Assembly: GCF_018350175.1 (NCBI RefSeq)
Contig: NC_058368.1
Coordinates: 64,482,001-64,546,000 of the forward strand
Origin: Felis catus
Lineage: Eukaryota
Direction: 5' to 3'
Length of the DNA: 64,000 nt
Shown here: positions 11,541 through 22,538 of the stretch, piece after piece
Numbering within the stretch: position 1 is the stretch's first letter
Layout of the letters: the number at the start of each line of letters is the position of its first letter
Position numbers and translations under genes: made by a program
Notes under the pieces: generated by a model
Database searches by the model: none
What the model saw: the letters and a program-made list of their open reading frames with translations, nothing else
Told to the model about the DNA's origin: nothing

Positions 11541-13571
11541 TTCAGGATGTTTACCTAGATTTCCTTTTGGGTCTATGATTCTTTGTCCTCATTGGTATGT
11601 TTCTCTTGTCCTCACTGACTCTTTATGCACACCTTTATCTTTTTTGTGTATGTATGGCCAACAAAAGGAAAGAAGCAATTTTTCAGAAACTGACTATGTT
11701 TTGTCCAATGTATACATTTTTAACAAGGAAGTTTCCATTTTACTATATTAACGATACCTATTTTTAACAAAATCTTGACAAATATATAGGGCTTTGATTC
11801 AACTAGTCATAATATCAACGCATAGATTGTTTGTTTATAAGCCTTAGAGTTAAAATTGGATTTAAATTATGGTAGTTAGGCTTCAAAATGTAGAGACATA
11901 ATGATGAAGTCATACAAGAAATTAATGTCCACTTATTTTTTTCAGAGTACTTTTATAGAAGTAAGATTAGGGCCTTGTATTGCTTGAGAGGCATCACAAA
12001 TTTTAGAAAGATTTCCTTGCTAATAGAATTCTTGATGTATTTGTTAAACAGAAGAAATCACTTTTTTGTACTAATGTTATTCTCCAATCCATATTTTTAG
12101 TTGCTACTTTTGCAACTGTAAATACTCATTTTTCAGGTATGAGGGCTGCATTACCATCCTGTTAGTTTTGAATTTTTACCAGAAATGAGATGTGATTGTC
12201 CATTAAGATGCAGTCCAACTGTAAACACAAATTAAATTATTGCGAGTAATAAGCCACAATAATTTCTCTCTGTAATTTGTTTAAAATGCCAGATGATTTA
12301 AATTTTTTTTTTTAATTTGGAAACTCATGGAAATGAAGTGTATTTCATTTGCTTAGGATCTTAGATGCAGAATAAGATTTTTGGTATACATTATTAAAGA
12401 TTTTATATTATTATTCAAGACTCATTATACATTGTTATGATCCTCCCCACATATAACAGAATGTTCCAAAGGCTCTGTTCTGTAGTTGAAATATTATGCT
12501 ATAGATCCATTCATTTGCTACTAGAAGCATGGTATCCATCTTCTGGATTACTATTCTTTACATGAATAATATATATTCTAATTTTTACCTTAATATCTGA
12601 TACTGTATTCTTTCATGATTCTTTTGTAAAGGCTTTTTCTACTAAATTGGCCAATTTTCTTCTGGCTTCCTTATTTAAGAGGTCACTACCAAATCCTTGA
12701 GGCAGTCTTATAGAACCCAAGGCATATTGATAATGAACTTTCTGAAAGTTCACATCTGACAAGATGTAGGTCAGATTAAATTCCTCATAGCTAAACTGTG
12801 AGGCAGGAGGGGATGATTTTGGAGGCAAGGAGATTGTAAGTGATCTTATGTCACCCACCCTAATGATTTGATAAGAGGAACTAATCACGTGAATAATTGA
12901 GATACCCACCCACTTAAGGATACATGCAATTGTGTAAGATCAATGTTGGATGCTAAAGCAAAACCCCAGAAGAGTTAATGTGATAAAACTAAAGAGAAAA
13001 AACATTCATACTATGATTTTCTGGAGGAAAAGAAATGTACATTTTAATAAGAAGCAAATGTATTTTTCCATGTAAAATTTCCCTGTGAGAAAGGAGCTAA
13101 TTGGCCTACTCTAATTCAGAGGGTGGAGCTAAGCACAAAAATTGGGGGCAAAGAGCCAAGAATGTTCTAGCTTAGCAGTTATTATACTTTTACAAATCTG
13201 ATACCTATGCATGATGTTTTGTTTTAATTTTGGAAAAAGCTTTCAACTGCTTTTAAAGTTCTAATCATATTCTTACCTTTGTCTGATGGCCCATTGGAGA
13301 CGTTGGAGGTGGGGGTAGGGAGGAGAGGGTCTCTATTTTTATGATATAAAGCTGGGTTTTTTTCCACTCATACCAAGAGGACATTTTTCTACCTATTAAT
13401 TTTCCTTCAGGTTAATTTTTCACTTTACCTTTCATTCAGATAACTTTGGTTGATATTCAATGGAATTTACATCATAGAGGCTTTCTGTTATGTAAATTAT
13501 ATCTTCTCTGATGTCTTCTGGGAATGATTTTGTATTATTCGGAGTTTTCCAGATATCAATGGGTCACTCCA

Positions 13572-13625
13572 TAAAGTGAGTTTCCCATCCCTGGAGGTAT
13601 TCAAGCAGAGGCTGAGTGGCAAAGG
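13572..13625 (+). mobile_element. CR1/L3-like 3' fragment
   Basis: GTGAGTTTCCCATCCCTGGAGGTATTCAAGCAGAGGCTG motif. Confidence 0.55.
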
Positions 13626-14074
13626 GAAGTGGTTTTCCAGTGGAATTTTGGATCTCAAAGGATGCAGTGGTCTAAGTGTAGTAGACCACTATGCTTACTT
13701 ACAGAGGCAAATGCAACCTAAAAAAGGTGCTCAAAAATATTCTGTACTTGGTGTGTTTACTAAACGTGTGTACATATAGTGCACATGTTGTCTATAGAGA
13801 TTTACTCAAAATATTTGTCATGAAAGTTACTTCTTTCTAATCCAAATAAAACACATATTTTCAACTAATCAGCTACAAAAGAACAATCCATTGATCTGTT
13901 TTTTGTTTTCACATAATTCTTTAAAAGAAAATTTTGTCTTCCTGATTAATCTAAATATTTCTACAATAAATCCATTTTATAATTTTAATTAGTGTTAGTT
14001 AATAGATACAATTTCAACTTTTTTAACCTTTTTCCTGACTTAAAAAAAGTGCACAGTGTTAACTTTTTCTCCAG

Positions 14075-14329
14075 TTTTTATTATTTTATTTTATTTTATT
14101 TTATTTTTATTTAATTTAATTTAAGTTTATATTTTTATTTTATTTTTAATGTTTATTTGAGAGAGAGAGTGCAAGCAGGGGTGGGGAACAGAGAGAGAGA
14201 CACAGAGAACCTGAAGCAGGCTCCGCACTGTCTGTGCCAAGTCCAACATGGGGCTCAAACTCACGAATTGTGAGATCATGACCTGAGCTGAAGTCGGTCA
14301 GTCAACTGACTGAGCTACCCAAGTGCCCC
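14075..14329 (-). mobile_element. CanSINE with long (TTTTA)n tail
   Basis: Reverse SINE body and patterned tail. Confidence 0.92.
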
Positions 14330-14375
14330 TCCAGGAATTATTTTATAGCAACTATGTCATTTACTGAGTTGATTT

Positions 14376-14591
14376 AAAAAACAAAATTTTTCAACATTTA
14401 TTTATTTTTGAAAGAGAGAGCATGCATGAGAGCAGGAAAGGGCCAGAAAAAGGGAGACAGAGGATCTGAAACAGGCTCAGCGCAGTGAGCACAGAGCCCT
14501 ACACAGGGCTTGAACTCATGAACCGTGAGATATTGACATGAGCCGAAATCAAGGGTTGGCTGCCTAACCTATAGAGCCACCCAAGAACCCC
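14376..14591 (-). mobile_element. CanSINE
   Basis: TSD ACTGAGTTGATTT at 14363-14375 and 14592-14604. Confidence 0.92.
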
Positions 14592-14953
14592 ACTGAGTTG
14601 ATTTTTAAATTTGCATGCCTAGATGAACTGTTAAGGAATCTTTATGATAAGTTTAATATTCAGTGGGGTAGGTAAATAGACATAATTGTGGTATAACATA
14701 CTCTACATTCTTCAATGGCTTTTCACTCATAACAAATGAAATTGAAGTATCCTTGTTTGTCCTTCAGTACTTTTTTTTTTCCCAAAGAAATTTAGGCCTT
14801 CTCAAGCCCTAATCTTATTTTTAGTACTCTCTTTATGTTTTGCATAAATTCAACCACCACATAAGTAACTTCTAGGTTGTTACTTTGAGAAACTATTTTG
14901 AAATTCCTCGATCCCAATTGCAGATTATTCCTTTTTTCACTGATATGTAGAAA

Positions 14954-14972
14954 ACACACACACACGCGCGCG

Positions 14973-15022
<50 letters not shown>
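14954..15022. repeat. Compound microsatellite (CA)n(CG)8(CA)21
   Basis: Read directly from the sequence. Confidence 0.98.
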
Positions 15023-15023
<1 letters not shown>

Positions 15024-15327
15024 TTAGGCAGTATGGGTATGTATGTGATTTTCTTTCCTTAGCAGATTTTTAAGTTCTTAGGGCTCTGTACTTGTCCAAG
15101 TTTACATATAAAACATTGCCTGATTGATAACTGTCCTTATCATTATTTAAAAATGAACATTTTGTTTTAGAATAGTTTTAGATTTACAGAAAAACTGTGA
15201 AGATAGTTCAGTTACAATATACCTCTGATGCAGTTTCTGCCATCATCCACAGCTTACATTAATATTGTCCATTTGTTCCAGTTATTGAACCAATATTGTT
15301 GTTGTTGTTATTTAAAATAGGCTCCAA

Positions 15328-15541
15328 GGGGCGCCTGGGTGGCTCAGTTGGTTGAGCGTCCGACTTCAGCTCAGGTCACAATCTCACAGTTCATGAGTTC
15401 GAGCCCCGTGTCAGGCTCTGGGCTGATGGCTCAGAGCCTGGAGCCTGCTTCCGATTCTGTGTCTCCCTCTCTCTCTGCCCCTCCCCCATTCATGCTCTGT
15501 CTCTCTCTGTCTCAAAAAATAAATAAACATTAAAAAAAAAA
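15328..15541 (+). mobile_element. CanSINE (SINEC_Fc type) inserted in an older SINE
   Basis: TSD TTAAAATAGGCTCCA at 15312-15326 and 15542-15556. Confidence 0.95.
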
Positions 15542-15546
15542 TTAAA

Positions 15547-15650
15547 ATAGGCTCCATGCCCAGTGTGGAGCCCAACATGCAGGTCGAACTCACAACCATG
15601 AACAGAGGTCAAAAATTGGACACTTAACCCACTGAGTCACCCAGGTGGCT
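15547..15650 (-). mobile_element. Older short carnivore SINE
   Basis: AGGCTCCATGCCCAGTGTGGAGCCCAAC...ACTGAGTCACCCAGG. Confidence 0.8.
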
Positions 15651-15684
15651 TATTAATGATTGATTATTAACCAGTGTCCACAGT

Positions 15685-15951
15685 TGTGTTAGAATTCTCC
15701 AGAAAACCGCAACAATAGTCTTGAAAATTCCTTCTTCCTCAGAGGACCTTAGTCTTTTTCTCTTAAGGGCTTCAACTGACCAGATGAGACCCACCCACAC
15801 TATGAAGGGGAATTTGTTTTACCAAACAAAATATTGTACCAATTTAAATGTTAATCATACCTAAAGAATACCTTCATAACAACATCAACACTGGTATTTA
15901 ACCCAACAACTGAGCACTAGAGCCTATCAACATATTAAATTAACCATCACA
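15685..15951. mobile_element. MLT2-like (ERVL) solo LTR, internally deleted
   Basis: TG...AATTAACCATCACA termini, near 5-bp TSD ACAGT/ATAGT. Confidence 0.75.
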
Positions 15952-17119
15952 ATAGTTTATTCAGATTTCCTCATTTTTACTTAATGTTCTTCTTTTGTTC
16001 ACTAATCCCATCCAAGATGACACATTGTGTTTGTAGTCATGTCTTCTTAGGCTCTTTTGGGCTGTGACAAGTTTTCAAAACTTTGTCTGTTTTTGATTAC
16101 CTTAATAATTGTGAGGAGTACTAGTAAGGTATTTTATACAATGTTCCTCAGTTGGAATTTGTCTAGTGTTTTGTTTTTCATGATTAGACTGGACTTTTGT
16201 GCTTTAGGGAGACCTCAGGGATAAAGAGCTATTTTCATCACATAACAAGGGTACATATTATCAATGTGACTTGTCACTACTGAAGTTAATCTTGATCCAC
16301 CTGGATTAGGTAGTGTTTACCAGGCTTCCTCACTCAAAAGTTATTCTTCCCTCACTCCCCAGCTTTATATAGTACATTCTTTGGAAGAAGTTATAATGCT
16401 CAGCTCCTACTTAAAAAAGTGAATTATTTTCTACCTCCTAGAGGGCAGAGTATCCACTTAATTATCGGGAATTCTTTTGCATGATTTATTTAGTAGTTGC
16501 TTACTTATATCAACATGGACCCATGGATATTTATTTTATATTTTGGATTTAATTGACTTTATTTTGTTCAAATTGTTGCATTTTGCCATTGTGAGCTTAT
16601 TGAACTCTGGTCTTTTTTTGACGTACCACCACTTTTTGTATTTTTCTAAGTAACCTTTTTAGCTCTTCCTTACTTTCTGGCACTACAAGGTATTTAAGTT
16701 CATTTTGGGTATTTCCTGCTCAGCCCTAGAACCTGTCATTTTTCCAAGAAGCCTTAAAGAATGAGAAAGAAAATACATGTTACTAACTAGTGTACATGCA
16801 CATATCCATAAATATTTCCATCTGCAACACTCTGAGCTGATCAACATATATATAATCATGCGTATATCACATGTGACTTCCCACTGAACTCTCCCACTGT
16901 ATTTGATTACTAGGCGGCACATTCTAGCCTCCTGCACTTGTTTATCTGACATCTTCTCTAGTAATGAGGAACGTGATTGCGTAATATCCATACATTAGGG
17001 TAGACCAATCCTTGTATAAATGTCACTTTAGTAGAACTATGGAAGTCCGGAAGTAATGGGTTGTTTATTTACTTACTGTTTAGTTTTAAGAGTTGTTTGG
17101 GTTTTCCATTTTTACTTAT

Positions 17120-17322
17120 TTTTTTAAATAATTTTTTAAAGTTTGTTTATTTTGAGAGAGACAGAGCATGAGCAGGGAGGTGCAGAGAGAGAGAATTTAA
17201 AGCAGGTTCTTTGTGGTCAGCATGCAGAGCCAGTTCCTCCTCGAACTCAGGAAACCATGAGATCATGACCTGAGTCAAAATCAAGAGTTGGATGCTTAAC
17301 TGAATGAGCTCCGCAGGCCCCC
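17120..17322 (-). mobile_element. CanSINE
   Basis: Reverse SINE body and tail. Confidence 0.88.
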
Positions 17323-17358
17323 TTGAGTTATTTGTACTTTTTAAAATACAAGTTCTTT

Positions 17359-17588
17359 GGGGCACATGGGTGACTCAGTGGGTTAAGCATCTGATTTCAG
17401 CTCAGGTCATGATCTTGTGGTCCTTGGGTTCGAGCCTCATGTTGGACTCTGTACTGACAGCTTGGAGCCTGGAGCCTGCTTCAGATTCTGTCTCCCTCTC
17501 TCTCTGCCTTTACCTCAATCGTGCTTTGTCTGCCTCAAAATAAATAAATAAGCAAACAAACAAACAAATAAATAAAACATTAATAATG
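17359..17588 (+). mobile_element. CanSINE
   Basis: TSD AATACAAGTTCTTT at 17345-17358 and 17589-17602. Confidence 0.93.
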
Positions 17589-17755
17589 AATACAAGTTCT
17601 TTCTTGGATATGATTTTCGCATATATACATTTTTTTGCCAGTTTGTTGTTGTCTTTTAATTTCTTCTGTTTGGAAATCTGCATCTGAAATTAATGTAGCT
17701 ACTCCAGCTTTCTTTTGATTACTCTTAGCATGGTACATATGTCTCCATCCATTTA

Positions 17756-17989
17756 ATTTTTTTTAATGTTTTTAAAAAATTTTTTTAATGTTTATTTATT
17801 TTTGACAGAGACACAGATAGAATGTGAGTGGGTTAGGGGCAGAGAGAGAGCAAGACACAGAATCCAAAGCAGGCTCCAGGCTCCGAACTGTCAGCACAGA
17901 GCCTGACGCGGGGCTCGAACTCACAAGCTGTGAGATCATGACCTGAGCTAAAATCGGATGCTCAACCGACTGAGCCACCCAGGAGCCAT
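17756..17989 (-). mobile_element. CanSINE
   Basis: TSD CCATCCATTTA at 17745-17755 and 17990-18000. Confidence 0.95.
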
Positions 17990-18380
17990 CCATCCATTTA
18001 CTTTTAACCTACTTTTGTCTTTATATTAACTGTGAGTTTCTTGTAGAGAATATGTCATTGGGTCTTGTATTTTTATTTACTTGACAATCTCTGTCTTTGA
18101 ATTAGTGCATCAAACCATATTTAAAGGTATTATTGATATAGTTAGATTACTAACACATTTATACCTATTCTATACTTGTTGAATTTTCTTTTCCTTTTAT
18201 GTTTTCTCTGGTTTTCACTGAACGTTTTATCTCCTCTCTTAGCATGTCAAGTATACTTTGTTTAAATTTTATTTTAGTGGTTGTCTTAAAGTTTCTAGTG
18301 TACATTTTAGATAATTTAGCTCCACCTTCAAATAACACTGTACCACTTGTCATGCACTGTAGATACAAAAAAATATCACT

Positions 18381-18592
18381 GTGGTGCCTGGGTGGCTCAG
18401 TTGGTTAAGCGATGGACTTTGGCTCAGGTCATGATCTCACAGTTCATAAGTTTGAACCCTGGGTCGAGACTGGAGCCTGCTTTGGATTTTGTGTCTCCCT
18501 CTCTCTCTCTGCCCCTCCCCTGCTCATGCTCTGTCTCTCTTTCAAAAATGAATAAACTTAAAAAAATAAAATTACAAAAAAAAATGGAAAAC
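18381..18592 (+). mobile_element. CanSINE with internal deletion
   Basis: Head, CT tract, tail, degenerate TSD AAAA(A/G)AATATCA. Confidence 0.9.
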
Positions 18593-19732
18593 AAAAGAAT
18601 ATCATTCATTCCTCCCTTGACCTTTACGACATTGCCATTTATTTTCTTTATGTGTTCTAATTATCTTATACATTCTTTGCATTATTATTTTAAGCAGTGA
18701 TCTTATAGATCAGTTTTAAAAAATTAAAGATTTATTCCTTGTTCAACATTCTTCTTTTGTTCATATAGATATATATTTTTTCTCCCTGAAAAACTTTCTT
18801 TGGCATTTGTTTGTCTTAGAAAGTCTCTGTTTTGTCCTTACTTTTTGAAGAAAACTTTTGCTAGATATAGAAATCCAGGTTGGGGGTGATTTTTTGTTTT
18901 ATTTTCCTGGTAATACTTCTCATGTTTTCATTCTATTTTCTTCTTGTTTGCGTGGCTTCTGATGAACAGTCCACTAGATTTCTTACCCGTGTTCCTCCAT
19001 AGGGAAGATGTCCCCTTCCTCATCAACTTATTTTAAGAATTTCTTTTTGTCTTGATTTTCATCAGTTTGAATATGATATGTCTAGATGGAATTTTTTAGT
19101 TTTTGTTTGTGGTGTTTACTCTGCTTTGTGTTCTCTGAGCTTCCTGTATCTATCCATGTATCTTCCATGATAGCTTCCATGTATCTATCATGTCTAGCAT
19201 TAATTTTGAAAGATTCTCAGCATTCTGACTTCAATGATTTTTTTGCTGTGTCATTTCTTACTTCTTGTGATCTAATTATTCATGTTACACCACAGTCCAC
19301 AGTTCTTGGATATTCTCCCCCCCCCACCCCCGGATATTTTTTATTTTTCTGTTTGTATTTTAGTTGGGAAGTTTCCTTTGACTGAAGGTCACTGATTTTT
19401 TGCTCACCTGTGCCTAGACTACCGGCAAAACTATGGAAGGCATTCTTCATTTCTGTTACATTATTTTTGGTATCTAGCATTTCCTTTTTATTCTTTCTTA
19501 CAGTTTCCATATCTTTGCTTACATTACCCATCTATCCTTGCATGTTGTCTACTTTTTTTTTTACTTTAGAGTCCTTAACATATTAGCCATCATTATTTTA
19601 AATTCCTATCTGATACTTCCAACATTTATGTCCCATCTGAGTCTGGTTTCGATAATTACTTTGACTCTTCAGACTGTATGTTACTTGCCTTTGGCATACC
19701 TTGTAATTTTTTGTTGAAAGCTAAACAGGTTG

Positions 19733-20024
19733 GGGGCACCTGGGTGGCTCAGTTGGTTAAGCGTCCGACTCCTGATTTCATCTCAGGTCATGATCTCAAC
19801 GTTCATGGGATCAAGCCCCACATCAAGCTCTGTCCTAACAGTGTGGAGGCTGCTTGGGATTCTTTCTCTTGCTTGCTCTCTCTGCTCCTCCCCTGCTCAT
19901 GCTCTTTCTCAAAATAAATTAACCTTAGAAAGAAAGGAAGAAAGGAAGAAAGAAAAAAGAAAGGAAGGAAGGAAGGAAAGAAAGGAAAGGAAGAAAGGAA
20001 GAAATGGAGAAAGAAAAGCAAGCC
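19733..20024 (+). mobile_element. CanSINE with tail-derived (GAAA/GGAA)n repeat
   Basis: TSD AGC(T/C)AAACAGGTTG at 19719-19732 and 20025-20038 encloses the purine repeat. Confidence 0.92.
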
Positions 20025-21448
20025 AGCCAAACAGGTTGTATTGGGTAATAGGAAATGAGGTAAATAGATTTTTAGTCTCAGGATTTATGTTCATCTGGCA
20101 AGGTGTTAGATTGAATGTTTGCTGTATAGATGCCAGAGGATTAAAATTGATCTATGGTTATTCTTTTTGCCTACCTTCTTGACTTTGGGATCTTCTAGGA
20201 GAGTCTGTGCCTCACAGCCTTTTTAGTTATAATCCACAATTATCAAATTGTAGTCCTATTGGTGTGGAGGTAGGGTCCGAGGGAGGATAAGCATTCTATA
20301 ATCTTATAATTAAATCTCAGTCTTTTAGTGGGCCTATGTCTCTGAACTTTGATCTTCATGTCACCTTTGCATAGCTCCCTTCTTCTCTTTGGTGAAACAT
20401 GAAGGCTCGAGCAGTCTGGTGGGAGCAATGCCTTTCTCTCAGCTAAGACAAGACTCAGGTAATGACCTTTGCTCCCTGAGAGTAAGACTTTATTACAGGT
20501 AATGCTGTGGGTGTATTTATAATGATTGTTCTTCCCCTCTTTCTGTTGGTACCAAGAGGGGACATTTCTTGGATCATTAGTGTGAGAATCTGGTAGTGTT
20601 CCTAAAGGTGAAACTCAAGAAAGTGTGGGTTCCCCCTAAGATTGAGGTTTCATTGCTTGCTAGCCTACACTCAGTCTCTGGCAGTTTGTTAAGATTACCT
20701 TTAAAGTGTTCCTACTGTTCAGTGATTCCAACAACTTCTGTCCCAGACATGCAGATCTCATCAGTGACTCCATGTATTTGCCTATATCTCCAAATTTCAT
20801 GGAGGTGATTTCGCTGCATACTCACTTCTGTGATGGAGCCAAGAAAAAGTTACTGATTTTCTGTTTGTTTAGATTTTTCTTGCTGTAAGGACAAGAGGTG
20901 ACAGCTTTCAAGTTTTTTATATCCTGGTACTGAAATTGTAAGTTGTTACTCTGTTCTTGTAATTGAGACCTCAGAAAATTTCTCATATACAAAATTTGTG
21001 TGTATGTCTGTCATAGATGGTTGAAAGTAATGATTCTGTTATCATTTTGCGATGTGTGTAAGGTACCATAATATATGAAAAAAATATAATACATTATCTT
21101 AAAATATATAAGCATATAGGTATATGTTTGTACATTTACCATCTCACCTGGTTGTTCAAAACGGAACAGGAAGCCAAAAGCAGGGGAAAGGAAGATCCCA
21201 AAATGCAGGCTCTGTCCCAATAATGAATTTCAGATATTTGCATTTTAGTATGTCAAGTTTTCTTTCAGAGTCCTAAAATGGGGCCTGATACAAAAATTAT
21301 ATGAAGCTATAACCTAGGAGCAATTTGTTTTCTAAATTAATTGTACTCAATTTATTTTAAATGGCAGTAACACAGTGACACTTTGAATATTTGTTCATTG
21401 CTCCTTTTTTTCCTCCCCAATTTTTCCTCCTATTTCCTTAGATGTTTA

Positions 21449-21665
21449 ATGTTTTTTTTTTTTTTTAACGCTTATTTATTTTTGAGACAGAGAGAGACAG
21501 AGCATGAATGGGGGAGGGTCAGAGGGAGGGAGACACAGAATCGAAACAGGCTCCAGGCTCTGAGCTGTCAGCACAGAGCCCGACGCGGGGCTCGAACTCA
21601 CGGACCGCGAGATCGTGACCTGGCTGAAGTCGGACGCTTAACCGACTGCGCCACCCAGGTGCCCC
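21449..21665 (-). mobile_element. Young CanSINE (SINEC_Fc type)
   Basis: CpG-rich, TSD TTCCTTAG(A/C)TGTTTA. Confidence 0.96.
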
Positions 21666-21719
21666 GTTCCTTAGCTGTTTAGAGTAATGTTATCATAGCT
21701 ATATTTTTTTACTCCAATA

Positions 21720-22200
21720 TAATTTCTCTGGAATTTTTAACTCTCTGCTAAATATTCCCACCTAAACATATCAAGGATTCCTCAAATTCCATCTGTCCAA
21801 GGCTAAAATTATTTCACCTAGGAAAAATGATTGTTGTTGTTTCTGTTTATGGTATATCACAGTTGCAGTTCCACAGACTCAAAACCTTGAGGCCGTCCTC
21901 TGCTTCTTGACCACATAGCCACATGTTTACTAAATCCAGTTGATTCTACTGCTAAAATTTACCTCTCATTCTCTCCCCCACATCCCCATCCTAACCCAGA
22001 GTCTCTTCACTCCCCTCCTACACTTTCAGTAGCCCATAACTTGCTTCTCCCTTTCTTTACCCTCTTCTCCTATGTGTGTTTTATGGTTCAACTGAATATG
22101 TCTTCCCAGAGTTCTGGTCAGGGCAAGCCTCTACTCAAAACTTCTATAGAGAAGAACCTGCCAATTCACATTAAATATTCTTCATGACTTGATTCCACAT
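21720..22200 (+). mobile_element. L2 fragment
   Basis: CTCAAATTCCATCTGTCCAA...CAAAACCTTGAGGCCGTCCT-type L2 sequence. Confidence 0.55.
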
Positions 22201-22323
22201 TTCTATGTATTTCTTTCACAAACTTTTTTTATTATAATATGTATGTATGTCAAGTGTTATGCTGGAGACTAGGTTACAGAGATGAATAAATTAGAATGCC
22301 TCCTCTTAAAATCGCATAGTCTA

Positions 22324-22538
22324 GGGGCACCTGGGTGGCTCAGTCAGTTAAGAGTCTGACTTCAGCTCAGGTCATGATCTCACGGTCCATGAGTTCGAGC
22401 CCCGCATCGGGCTCTGTGCTGACAGCTCAGAGCCTGGAGCCTGCTTCAGATTCTGTGTCTCCCTCTCTCTCTGACCCTCCTCCGTTCATGCTCTGTCTCT
22501 CTCTGTCTCAAAAATAAATAAAACATTAAAAAAATAAA
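22324..22538 (+). mobile_element. CanSINE
   Basis: Perfect TSD TAAAATCGCATAGTCTA at 22307-22323 and 22539-22555. Confidence 0.96.

Larger units (their letters stand above)
15150..17000 (-). mobile_element. Ancient L1MC/L1MD-like 3' region, interrupted by SINEs and an LTR
   Basis: AGAATAGTTTTAGATTTACAGAAAAACTG terminus and typical old-L1 3'UTR sequence continuing across the insertions. Confidence 0.7.
17670..20945 (-). mobile_element. Ancient L1M 5' portion (5'UTR, ORF1 remnant, ORF2 start)
   Basis: ORF1-like coiled-coil remnant at 19280-19531 (KDMETVRKNKKEMLDTKNNVTEMKNAF). Endonuclease-start-like sequence at 17670-18140 resembles 45840-46070. Confidence 0.75.
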
